Below, one piece after another: positions 17,670 through 25,619 of a stretch of DNA of 61,745 nucleotides. A program made the translations under genes and the position numbers. The stretch is taken from contig JBGSPE010000006.1 of the NCBI GenBank assembly GCA_041738755.1, forward strand, positions 1-61,745, written 5' to 3'. Under the pieces are notes generated by a model, which worked only from the letters and a program-made list of their open reading frames with translations, was not told where the DNA came from and ran no database searches. Numbering within the stretch: the stretch's first letter is position 1; each line of letters begins with the position of its first letter. Source of the DNA: Minisyncoccia bacterium (GTDB taxonomy: Bacteria > Patescibacteriota > Minisyncoccia > Phycocordibacterales > UBA918).

Positions 17670-17891
17670 ATGTACGTAAAGGTTCACGTCTACCCGGGAA
17701 TGAAAAGAGAACAGGTAATAAAACGTGCCCAAAATACGTATGAATTAATACTCAAGGTTCCAGCCAAACGGAATTTTGCAAATGTACGAGCTCGAGAGAT
17801 TGTGGCAGATTTGTACGCAGTACCACTATCGAATGTTCGTTTGGTTACAGGACATCATTCACCCTCGAAGATAATCGAAATTACTCAATAA
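17670..17891 (+). CDS. DUF167 (YggU-like) protein
   Basis: Pattern VKVHVYPGMKRE...NFANVRAREIVADL...VRLVTGHHSPSKIIEI matches the YggU family layout. Confidence 0.6.
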   Translation: MYVKVHVYPGMKREQVIKRAQNTYELILKVPAKRNFANVRAREIVADLYAVPLSNVRLVTGHHSPSKIIEITQ

Positions 17892-17907
17892 GTACGTTTT
17901 ATAAAGT

Positions 17908-18270
17908 ATGACATTTCCAGCTATCAACTATAAATTTAACGGTATTGAAGAAGCTAAGTCGCTGGCACCGGTCATCGACCAAAAATTTGCACCGTTGGAG
18001 AAATACTACAAGCCAGATACAAAAATTGTCTGCGATGTAGAATTTGAAAAAATTGGGAGCCACCACAATGGGAGAATTTTCCGAGTCGAAGCCAATCTCA
18101 CCATTGACGGACAGCTTCACCGGGCCGAAGCAACTGAAGAAAGTTTTGAAAAAGCTATTGATGAAGTCCGGGATGAATTGGATAAGACTTTGAGGCGTAC
18201 TAAGGACAAAGAACACACCCTCGACAAAGACGCCGGTCGAGAACTGAAGGATATGTTATTGGGAGAGTAG
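17908..18270 (+). CDS. hpf: Ribosome hibernation-promoting factor (HPF/RaiA family)
   Basis: Short HPF layout. ...RVEANLTIDGQLHRAEATEESFEKAIDEVRDELDKTLRR. Confidence 0.72.
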   Translation: MTFPAINYKFNGIEEAKSLAPVIDQKFAPLEKYYKPDTKIVCDVEFEKIGSHHNGRIFRVEANLTIDGQLHRAEATEESFEKAIDEVRDELDKTLRRTKDKEHTLDKDAGRELKDMLLGE

Positions 18271-19134
18271 TGTGAGATATTGTGAAAACGTCGTTTCGAA
18301 TTTTCCTTCCGGGACGACTTTTTCTATAGAGAGCTGACCATCTGCGGTTATTGAGGCAGACAGAACCTTTACGCGTTTCCCTTGGTAGAAAAAGTACGTT
18401 CCAGGATTTCCGGCAAGGGCATTGATTTTGTATAACAAGGCAGTGGCCTCAGTGCCATAGGGAAGTTCAGGTGGGTTTATGGATAATTCCCCATCTGTTT
18501 TGGTGATTTTTTTGGTGTAGGTGGCAGCTTCATGTTCTTGCTCTCGTGGTGTAATAGAGCCGGCAAGCCATTTTGGAATAGTCTGTGCTAATAAGGTAGC
18601 ACCGGTGTCAGCCAGAGCCATATCGAGCTCAGGACCAGTGATGGGCCAGATGGCTGGCTGGTACGGCTCTTGAGCTAAGATTGGTCCATGGTCCATTTTT
18701 TCATCCATAAGCATGATGGTAAGGCCAATGTCTTCTGGTTTATTTTCGAGAATTGCGGTGCGAATTGGGCTCGCTCCACGAAGTTTCGGAAGGAGGGAAG
18801 GGTGGACATTAATAACACCATGTTTAGGGAGCGCCAGAAACCAAGCTGGCAGTATGAAGTTATACGCCACCACGACAAATAAGTCCCAGGCTTGGTCTGT
18901 AAGTTCCGGAAACTCAACTTGGTCCCGGAACGAAGTTGGCTGTCTGACTGCAATTGAGTGTTGCAGCGCGAGGGTTTTAATCGCTGGCGCCTGGAGTTGT
19001 TGGCCTCTGCCTTTCGGACGGTCAGGATTACAAAATACTAGTGTCGGCGTAAGACCGGCAGCAATTAATGCTTGTAGGGCGGGGAGCCCGAGGGGCTCCC
19101 CGCCAAAGAACGCAATTCTTGGTGATTCATTCAT
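18256..19134 (-). CDS. fmt: Methionyl-tRNA formyltransferase
   Basis: RIAFFGGEPLGLPALQAL, HPSLLPKLRGASPI. I chose the start at 19134 (MNESPRIAFFG) to avoid overlapping def. Confidence 0.9.
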   Translation of the reverse strand: MNESPRIAFFGGEPLGLPALQALIAAGLTPTLVFCNPDRPKGRGQQLQAPAIKTLALQHSIAVRQPTSFRDQVEFPELTDQAWDLFVVVAYNFILPAWFLALPKHGVINVHPSLLPKLRGASPIRTAILENKPEDIGLTIMLMDEKMDHGPILAQEPYQPAIWPITGPELDMALADTGATLLAQTIPKWLAGSITPREQEHEAATYTKKITKTDGELSINPPELPYGTEATALLYKINALAGNPGTYFFYQGKRVKVLSASITADGQLSIEKVVPEGKFETTFSQYLTLLSQ

Positions 19135-19148
19135 AGAGTTTATGCAGA

Positions 19149-19676
19149 TTATGTCTTGTCTGCTTTTTGTTTGGCTTGCTCCTTCTCTACCGGCCAACTC
19201 TTCTCCGCCCGCTCAACGAAGAGCGTTCCATCAAGGTGATCATATTCGTGTTGGATAATTTGCGCTAAGAGTCCACCAGCACCGCGAGTGAAGGTTTTAC
19301 CGTGTTCATCGAGGGCTTCGAGCGTCACATTGGTATGACGCTTCACAACTCCGTATAAGTCTGGGACTGACAGACAGCCTTCCCCAACTTCATGCGTTTT
19401 TTTGGAGTATTTAACAATCTTTGGATTAATTGCAATGATGGTTGGAAAACGATCTGGTTCACCACTTTGGTCTTCAATCAAAAACATTCGTTTAGCAACT
19501 CCGATTTGTGGCGCAGCGATAGCTACAGCGGCAAAGCCGTCGACTTTGTATGTCTTGATAGCTTGTCTCAGCCCTTTGAGAAGTTTTTCAACAGTTCCAT
19601 TACTAAATTCTTCGGGAGTGATTTCCTCAGAAATAGTATGCAAGGCAGGGTGATTTTGGGCGACTAACTTGGCCAT
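19149..19676 (-). CDS. def: Peptide deformylase
   Basis: Motifs GVAAPQIG-like (AIAAPQIGV), EGCLSVP and HEYDHLDG. Confidence 0.93.
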   Translation of the reverse strand: MAKLVAQNHPALHTISEEITPEEFSNGTVEKLLKGLRQAIKTYKVDGFAAVAIAAPQIGVAKRMFLIEDQSGEPDRFPTIIAINPKIVKYSKKTHEVGEGCLSVPDLYGVVKRHTNVTLEALDEHGKTFTRGAGGLLAQIIQHEYDHLDGTLFVERAEKSWPVEKEQAKQKADKT

Positions 19677-19847
19677 ATTCTGCTTAATATAGCAAAACTT
19701 ATCTAAAATCGCGACCCGTTACTCTAAGGTTGCTTAAAATGCTTTAGCTACGAGGCGTTGAATCAGAAAAAGATGAGGCGTATCTCGTATACGATGAGTG
19801 TTTTTCTGGTGAAAACAACAAAGTAGATGAAGTATTTTTAGGAAACG

Positions 19848-21740
19848 CTAGACGATTCGTTCCGGATTCACTTCGACTTTAACAAACGGCGGTAAACTCC
19901 GAATCTTTTGCAATAACACCTCATACTCTGCAGTCTGTGACGGTTCGATTCTGATGAGGGCGTGTCGAGCCAGACGGTGTTCAGTGCTGTGCGGACTCGG
20001 GTAGTACTGAACTAACGGAGACTGGAGAATGTTTTTGATGGTTTGTTCTGCTTTCAGAACCGGTTCTGCCGGACCTGACCATGAGAGGAGAATAAAGGTT
20101 TGAAACGGTGGATACCGAAGTAATTGTCGCAATGCGATTTCGTCATCAAAAAATCGTTCGATTGATCCTCGTTTAGCGTATTCAATCAAGGCGTCAGGTT
20201 CGGTTCGGGTCTGCACCAGTACTTCTTTTTGAGTACATTCCCGTAAGCGAAAGAGTAACCGAAAGAGTGATTCGTCTGCTCGCCATGTCGGTGTGGCTCT
20301 TGCCGCATCAAGTGAAATAATGGCGCTGACAGCAACGCCACGAGTAAGGTAGGGTAGAGCAATCTGGGTACCAATCAGGACACCACTTTTCTGTTCATAA
20401 AATTGGTCAATTATTTTCTTCGCTTTCACTGACGTTGGCGCAGTTTCGTGGTCGATAATGGTAATGTCGTGGTGTGGTACTTTTTCCCGCCACTCGTCGT
20501 ACGCTTGTTGAATACCAATGCCACGTTCACGCAGGCGCCAGGAACCACAGTAGTCACACACGTCAGATGCTCGCACTCGGCTCCCTGAGGTGCTAGAGAC
20601 AAACCACCGTTCCTCCACACCATTCTTTACTGTTCGGATGAGTGAGTATGGTGAGTTGGAGTCGGGACAGCGGAAGATATATCCACAATCAACACACGCT
20701 ACGACCGGTGCCAAGCCTCTTCTTGCAGCATAGAGAAAGACGTGTCCACGGCCTTCGAGCGCTCGTTCAACGGTTGAGAGGAGGGTTGGAGAAAATAACT
20801 GAAAGGGTGATTCAACGCTCGGTTTGTCCTTTTGGGTAATAACGGTGAGTGGGGCAGAGAAGGCGATTCGTTTGGCTTCTTCGCCTACGGTGCTGTAGAT
20901 TTCTTGGCGCCGCTTTACTTCGTCTTCAGTTCGTACCACAGTGTCACCAAGGATGATGCTGCGACCAGAGACTTTAGCAAATGCCATGAGGGCATCGCGA
21001 TGATCAAGGTAAGGCCTGTGCCGCAACACATAATAGGGACTAGCTGATTGCTCAACAATGATACTCAATAAATCAGCGCGCTCAAAATATGCGTATTGAG
21101 GAGTTGTGATGATGAGTTTAGAAAGCGAAGTATCTTCAAGTTTGAGGTACGCAGTGTCGCGGTCACGTTTACTCTGAAGTGGTGAAAGAACAACCAGACG
21201 GTCTTTGATGCCTTGTTGAAGTTCTTTGGCGATGTACGCTACATCTGCCGCCGTAGGCACTACAAGAAGTACTGAGCCACGGTGCGCAAACGTGCTTCGG
21301 ATATGACTCTGGTAGTGAAGGAGTCGTTCGTCGAGCCGGGCGGTGAGGATGCTCGGTGCCGAATCCTCGGTCTGCGTAACTGATTCAACTTCTGGAAAAG
21401 TCCTTGCTCCAGATTTAATATCAGGTGGCAAGAGATTAAAAAGGATTGACCCAACAGAAGCCGGGTATCGTTTGGCGAGCAGCGTAGCAGTGTCGCGGAT
21501 GCTTTTAGGAACTACCTTGGCTTCTGGTTGGTTAGGGAGTTTGCGAAGAGAAAATGATGCCGCTTTAAGAGCGGTTTTGGTGCTGCTGACGGGTTTTATT
21601 TCAGTGACAATAGCGGTTTGATTTTTGCCTCGAATGGGGACTTGGAGAAAGCTCCCGACTTCGTAGGAAATACTAGAGAAATACGATAATGATTCAAGTT
21701 GGGTACCGCGAATGAGAGGGGTGACTTGAATAACGTACAT
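19848..21740 (-). CDS. priA: Primosomal protein N' (PriA) homolog with degenerate ATPase motifs
   Basis: N-terminal 3'-DNA-binding-like domain, Cys-rich zinc region (CVDCG...CPDS...CDYCGS) and a PriA-like C-terminus. No Walker A is present, and DEEH is replaced by VEQS. Confidence 0.8.
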   Translation of the reverse strand: MYVIQVTPLIRGTQLESLSYFSSISYEVGSFLQVPIRGKNQTAIVTEIKPVSSTKTALKAASFSLRKLPNQPEAKVVPKSIRDTATLLAKRYPASVGSILFNLLPPDIKSGARTFPEVESVTQTEDSAPSILTARLDERLLHYQSHIRSTFAHRGSVLLVVPTAADVAYIAKELQQGIKDRLVVLSPLQSKRDRDTAYLKLEDTSLSKLIITTPQYAYFERADLLSIIVEQSASPYYVLRHRPYLDHRDALMAFAKVSGRSIILGDTVVRTEDEVKRRQEIYSTVGEEAKRIAFSAPLTVITQKDKPSVESPFQLFSPTLLSTVERALEGRGHVFLYAARRGLAPVVACVDCGYIFRCPDSNSPYSLIRTVKNGVEERWFVSSTSGSRVRASDVCDYCGSWRLRERGIGIQQAYDEWREKVPHHDITIIDHETAPTSVKAKKIIDQFYEQKSGVLIGTQIALPYLTRGVAVSAIISLDAARATPTWRADESLFRLLFRLRECTQKEVLVQTRTEPDALIEYAKRGSIERFFDDEIALRQLLRYPPFQTFILLSWSGPAEPVLKAEQTIKNILQSPLVQYYPSPHSTEHRLARHALIRIEPSQTAEYEVLLQKIRSLPPFVKVEVNPERIV

Positions 21741-21865
21741 GGATTGCCAGTATAACAAATTAGAGAACAGAGGTCGAAACGCACAGACTCGCAAAATGCT
21801 GATGATACATAACCCAAAAATCTTTCAATCAATTGGAAGACTTTGGGTAAGGCTGGTTTGCGAGT

Positions 21866-21908
21866 AAAAAAGAAAACCGCCCGATTTGCTAGATCGGGCA
21901 GGTTTTGG
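21866..21908 (-). terminator. Rho-independent terminator (copy 1 of a duplicated terminator)
   Basis: AAAACCGCCCGAT...CGGGCAGGTTT. On the minus strand the hairpin is followed by TTTTCTTTTTT. Confidence 0.65.
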
Positions 21909-21923
21909 TTTTGTTACATCTAT

Positions 21924-22166
21924 TCAGGAACCGGGATTACACTCTACAACAAGCAGAGCTTCATCTGTGTTGGGGTTCGGTGTGCTATATTCCCAAACCT
22001 TCCCCGACTCACACCGTTTTTCAAGTGCTGCCAAGGCCATTTCTTGAGTGACTAAGGCATCATCGGGAACTAGTAAAAAGACTAAAAAACCACCAACTAT
22101 CATTCCGCTGAAAAAGATAAAAGTTGCTTGCGGAATCATAGAACCATTAGATTTTTGGTTGTGCAT
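21924..22166 (-). CDS. Hypothetical small membrane protein
   Basis: One TM segment (ATFIFFSGMIVGGFLVFLLV). It has its own terminator. Confidence 0.4.
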   Translation of the reverse strand: MHNQKSNGSMIPQATFIFFSGMIVGGFLVFLLVPDDALVTQEMALAALEKRCESGKVWEYSTPNPNTDEALLVVECNPGS

Positions 22167-22211
22167 CGAGCGTCTCCAATCTGAGTGTCTTTCCGTATAC
22201 TGTATGTTTTA

Positions 22212-22229
22212 CTAAAACTCGTCAAGGTA
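22212..22229 (+). repeat. 18-nt direct repeat CTAAAACTCGTCAAGGTA, a copy of the murA 3' terminus at 22646-22663
   Basis: Exact 18/18 match read from the sequence. Confidence 0.7.
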
Positions 22230-22274
22230 TTTTTAATTTAAGACAAAATCCAAGAGGTATTATTTTAGAATCAG

Positions 22275-22312
22275 TCATTCTCTTACTATCATATATGATA
22301 GTAAGAGAATGA
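22275..22312. repeat. Perfect 38-bp palindrome TCATTCTCTTACTATCATA|TATGATAGTAAGAGAATGA
   Basis: Read from the sequence; intergenic. Confidence 0.85.
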
Positions 22313-22334
22313 TGTGTGAGGGATTAAAGTAGTT

Positions 22335-22376
22335 GCACATAAAAACCGCCCGATCTAAAAGACCGGGCAGGTTTGG
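22335..22376 (-). terminator. Rho-independent terminator (copy 2 of the duplicated terminator)
   Basis: It has the same arms, AAAACCGCCCGAT...CGGGCAGGTTT, as 21873-21905. Confidence 0.6.
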
Positions 22377-22391
22377 TAAGTCTGAATAAAT

Positions 22392-22598
22392 TCAGCTTCG
22401 CTCATATTTCAAAATGAGCTTGAAAGCAAAGAAAAACAGGAGGTGGACGAAAGCAAGGCTGTAACCCAAGTTCCTGGTTAAAGTGATTTGTGCTTCGCTC
22501 AAGTCGTCCATCTGAATCGACCACGTCGTATTGACTGATAAACAGATGGCTAGGAAAAGCGCAATATAACTAAACGCTTGATATACACGTTTCATCAC
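22392..22598 (-). CDS. Hypothetical small membrane protein (2 TM)
   Basis: Hydrophobic segments FSYIALFLAICLSV and LAFVHLLFFFAFKLIL. Confidence 0.4.
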   Translation of the reverse strand: MMKRVYQAFSYIALFLAICLSVNTTWSIQMDDLSEAQITLTRNLGYSLAFVHLLFFFAFKLILKYERS

Positions 22599-22645
22599 TG
22601 TTGTCCTTTTGATTTGTGCCTCTATGTAAGATAGTAGCTACTAGT

Positions 22646-24145
22646 CTAAAACTCGTCAAGGTAGCTAATAGAGGCACCGAGAGTTGTGAGACGTTCGACG
22701 AGTTTCTCGTAGCCGCGGTTGATGCTATAGATATTGCGAAGAATCGATTTACCTTCAGCCCCTAACATGGCAATGAGGAGAATGGTTGCGGGACGCAGCG
22801 CCGGTGGGCACACGAGCTCAGTAGCTCGGAGTTTGCTAGGGCCGGTGATGTAGATGCGGTGCGGGTCGGCCAGGGCAGTGTCACCACCAAGCTTATCAAG
22901 TTCGGTAAAGTAAATGGCTCGTTTTTCGTACATCCAATCATGGATAAGGGTCTGTCCGGTAGCTTGGGTACAGATGACGGCGAAGAAGGGAAGATTATCA
23001 GCATTAATACCGGGGTAGGGGCGAGAGTGGATTTTGTCAGTAGCAGCCCGGAGCTTTGAAGGTTTCGTCGTAATATCTACGAGATTCACCTGACCGTTCT
23101 TCCCGAGGTACGGTTTGCTCTGTGTATATTTAAAACCCATTTTTTTGAGTGTTAGAAGTTCAAGTTCAAGAAATTCAATCGGGCAACGAGTGATGGTAAG
23201 GGTGGAGTTTGTAACAATCGCCGCGGCGAGGAAAAACATTGAGTCGGTCGGATCTTCAGCCAACGAATATTCAATATCTTGTTTTATCTTAGAAAGACCA
23301 GTCACGGTGAGGGTAGTGGTCCCGATACCTTCAATGGTGACACCAAGAGCTTGCAGGAATACGCATAGTTCTTGCACCATGTAGTTGGCGGAACAGTATT
23401 TGATAGTCGTGGTACCAGTTTTTAAAGCGGCGGCCATAAGGGCATTTTCAGTGACCGTATCACCAGACTCATAGAGAATGATCTCGCTTGGTTGCTTATG
23501 AACGACTGAGACATTGTATGCGTCCTCGGTGACTTTAATGGAGACGCCAAATTCTTCCAGCGCATAGAAGTGCGGGCGGACAGTTCGGCTCCCGAGTTTG
23601 CACCCACCTGATTGGGGGAGGGCAAAGCCACTCATGCGATGCATGAGTGGCCCGATGAACATAACAATACTGCGAGTCCGTTTGGCAGCCTCGATGTCAA
23701 TTTTTGAGAGATCTATCTTCACGGGTGGAGTAATTCGGACTGCATTTTTCACCCACTCGACTTTAACCCCGATGCTACGGAGTACTTCAATCAGACGATG
23801 GACTTCTTCGATGCGCGGCATGCCGTGTAGGGTGGTGGTGCCCTGATTTAAGAGGGAAGCACACAAGAGACCAACGGCCCCATTTTTTGAAGTATTGGTT
23901 TGAATCGTTCCCGAGAGTTTTTTGCCCCCTGTAACTCCCACACTCACGGTACCGGGTGAAAGGGTGATGAGGTTTTTCCCAAGCGCCTTTCCAATTCGCT
24001 TAAGCATATCCGCACTCACGTTTTGGCGACCGCTTTCCATGCGGGCGATGGCACTTTGGGTGGTTTTAAGTTTTTTAGCTAAGTCAGTTTGGGTGAGTCC
24101 AACAGTTTCGCGCATGTCGGCAATGCGGGTACCAATATCTTGCAT
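22646..24145 (-). CDS. murA: UDP-N-acetylglucosamine 1-carboxyvinyltransferase (MurA) fused to an N-terminal XRE-type HTH domain
   Basis: HTH GLTQTDLAKKLKTTQSAIARMESGRQN, followed by an EPSP-synthase-fold MurA body with the active-site Cys context PQSGGCKLGSRTV. Confidence 0.86.
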   Translation of the reverse strand: MQDIGTRIADMRETVGLTQTDLAKKLKTTQSAIARMESGRQNVSADMLKRIGKALGKNLITLSPGTVSVGVTGGKKLSGTIQTNTSKNGAVGLLCASLLNQGTTTLHGMPRIEEVHRLIEVLRSIGVKVEWVKNAVRITPPVKIDLSKIDIEAAKRTRSIVMFIGPLMHRMSGFALPQSGGCKLGSRTVRPHFYALEEFGVSIKVTEDAYNVSVVHKQPSEIILYESGDTVTENALMAAALKTGTTTIKYCSANYMVQELCVFLQALGVTIEGIGTTTLTVTGLSKIKQDIEYSLAEDPTDSMFFLAAAIVTNSTLTITRCPIEFLELELLTLKKMGFKYTQSKPYLGKNGQVNLVDITTKPSKLRAATDKIHSRPYPGINADNLPFFAVICTQATGQTLIHDWMYEKRAIYFTELDKLGGDTALADPHRIYITGPSKLRATELVCPPALRPATILLIAMLGAEGKSILRNIYSINRGYEKLVERLTTLGASISYLDEF

Positions 24146-24250
24146 ATGACTTGAGTATAGCAAGTATGCTATGATAGGCAGGTAGCTATAAACATTGACA
24201 ATTATACAATTTTATGCATTAATTATAACATTGATATAGGAGTTCTTTTT

Positions 24251-24415
24251 ATGCGTGAAAGTACATATCATATGCATGTGTGGGCAATTATGACCTGCTT
24301 CGGTGTCGGGGTAAGTCTCATGACATATCTCAGCGGTGACACCGCTGCTGCCGTGGTGCAGGCGTTATTTGTACCTCTTTGTATCTACATGTTTGTTAAA
24401 GAACGTAGGACATAA
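24251..24415 (+). CDS. Small 54-aa membrane protein (too short for the ORF track)
   Basis: SD AGGAG lies 8 nt upstream. Two hydrophobic segments. GC-rich hairpins with a T-run lie downstream (about 24425-24500). Confidence 0.35.
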   Translation: MRESTYHMHVWAIMTCFGVGVSLMTYLSGDTAAAVVQALFVPLCIYMFVKERRT

Positions 24416-24551
24416 TTCTGCCAAGAGCCCCCGGGGAGCTTCCGCAAGGAAGTCCCGGGGCCGCCACCCAAAGCCCACAAGCCCGCTTGGGGGCTTTTTT
24501 AGTACTCAATTTCCTCTATTTTTGTATTTAAGGTACTATTGAGACCTATAT

Positions 24552-25565
24552 ATGTTTGGAGGTTTAACGCCCAAAATTGGTATCGACTTAGGTACCACGA
24601 ATATCCTCGTCTTTGTCCCTGGGCAAGGCATTGTTCTTAATGAACCGTCGGTAGTAGCGATTGGTGAAGATAACAAAGTATTGGCCGTTGGAAGCGAAGC
24701 CAAGCTCATGATTGGACGTACCCCAGAGAGTATCCGAGCGTACCGGCCGATGCGAGACGGCGTCATTGCTGACTACCGTGTGACCGAAGCCATGCTCCGG
24801 TACTTCCTTCGGAAGTCGATGAGTAAATATAGTTTGTTTAGGCCGGACGTGATGGTATCCGTACCAGCTGGCGTGACCTCAACTGAGCGCCGAGCGGTAG
24901 TCGAGGCGTCTATCAAAGCTGGTGCTCGAAATGCCTACGTCGTTAAAGAACCAATCTTGGCCGCGATTGGTGCCGGAATTCCGATTTATGAACCACAAGG
25001 TCACATGATTGTTGATATCGGCGGTGGAACAATTGACGTAGCGGTGATTTCGCTCGGTGGTATTGTGGCGGCCAACTCAGTCAAGTGTGCCGGCAATCGC
25101 ATTGATGCTGCGATTATTGATTATGTGAAAAAGACTCGCAACCTTGCGATTGGAGAAAAAACCGCCGAAGATATTAAAATCAAAGTCGGATCAGCCTTAC
25201 CACTTGAAGAGGAACTCGTCATGGATATCAAAGGTCGCGATATGCTCTCAGGGTTACCGCGAACGACAGAGATTAAGAGTAATGAAGTGGTGCGAGCGAT
25301 TAGTCGTGAACTACGAGAAATGGTAAAAGCCATTCGTGACGTGTTTCAAGAGACGCCACCTGAGCTTGCGGCCGACATTATTGACGGCGGTATTATTATG
25401 ACGGGTGGAACTTCACAGCTTCGAAACTTTCCAGAACTCATCCGTCGTCGCACTGGTGTAAAAGCTATGGTAGCTGAACAAGCACTCTTTTGTGTAGCAA
25501 AAGGTACCGGCATTGCCCTTGAACACCTTGGTGTCTATAAGCGTGCGGTAATTGCTAAAAAATAA
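24552..25565 (+). CDS. mreB: Rod shape-determining protein MreB (paralog 1)
   Basis: Actin-fold motifs GIDLGTTNILVF, DIGGGTIDVAV and GGIIMTGGTSQL. Confidence 0.93.
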   Translation: MFGGLTPKIGIDLGTTNILVFVPGQGIVLNEPSVVAIGEDNKVLAVGSEAKLMIGRTPESIRAYRPMRDGVIADYRVTEAMLRYFLRKSMSKYSLFRPDVMVSVPAGVTSTERRAVVEASIKAGARNAYVVKEPILAAIGAGIPIYEPQGHMIVDIGGGTIDVAVISLGGIVAANSVKCAGNRIDAAIIDYVKKTRNLAIGEKTAEDIKIKVGSALPLEEELVMDIKGRDMLSGLPRTTEIKSNEVVRAISRELREMVKAIRDVFQETPPELAADIIDGGIIMTGGTSQLRNFPELIRRRTGVKAMVAEQALFCVAKGTGIALEHLGVYKRAVIAKK

Positions 25566-25619
25566 TTTCTCTGGGGTTAAACGAGCGGTTGTACCAGCGA
25601 CTCACGGTACAATAGTGGC

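Noticed and set aside
18713-19258. 181-aa plus-strand ORF overlapping fmt and def
   Set aside because: It is antisense to two well-supported genes and Arg/Ser/Gly-rich, so it is a shadow ORF. The same logic applies to 31737-32084, 32715-33068, 36386-36739, 25915-26259, 37491-37886 and 38232-38573.
24336-24766. ORFs 24336-24542 (+) and 24536-24766 (-) around the mreB start
   Set aside because: The first runs through GC-rich terminator hairpins in a different frame from the SD-preceded 54-aa ORF. The second is antisense to mreB.
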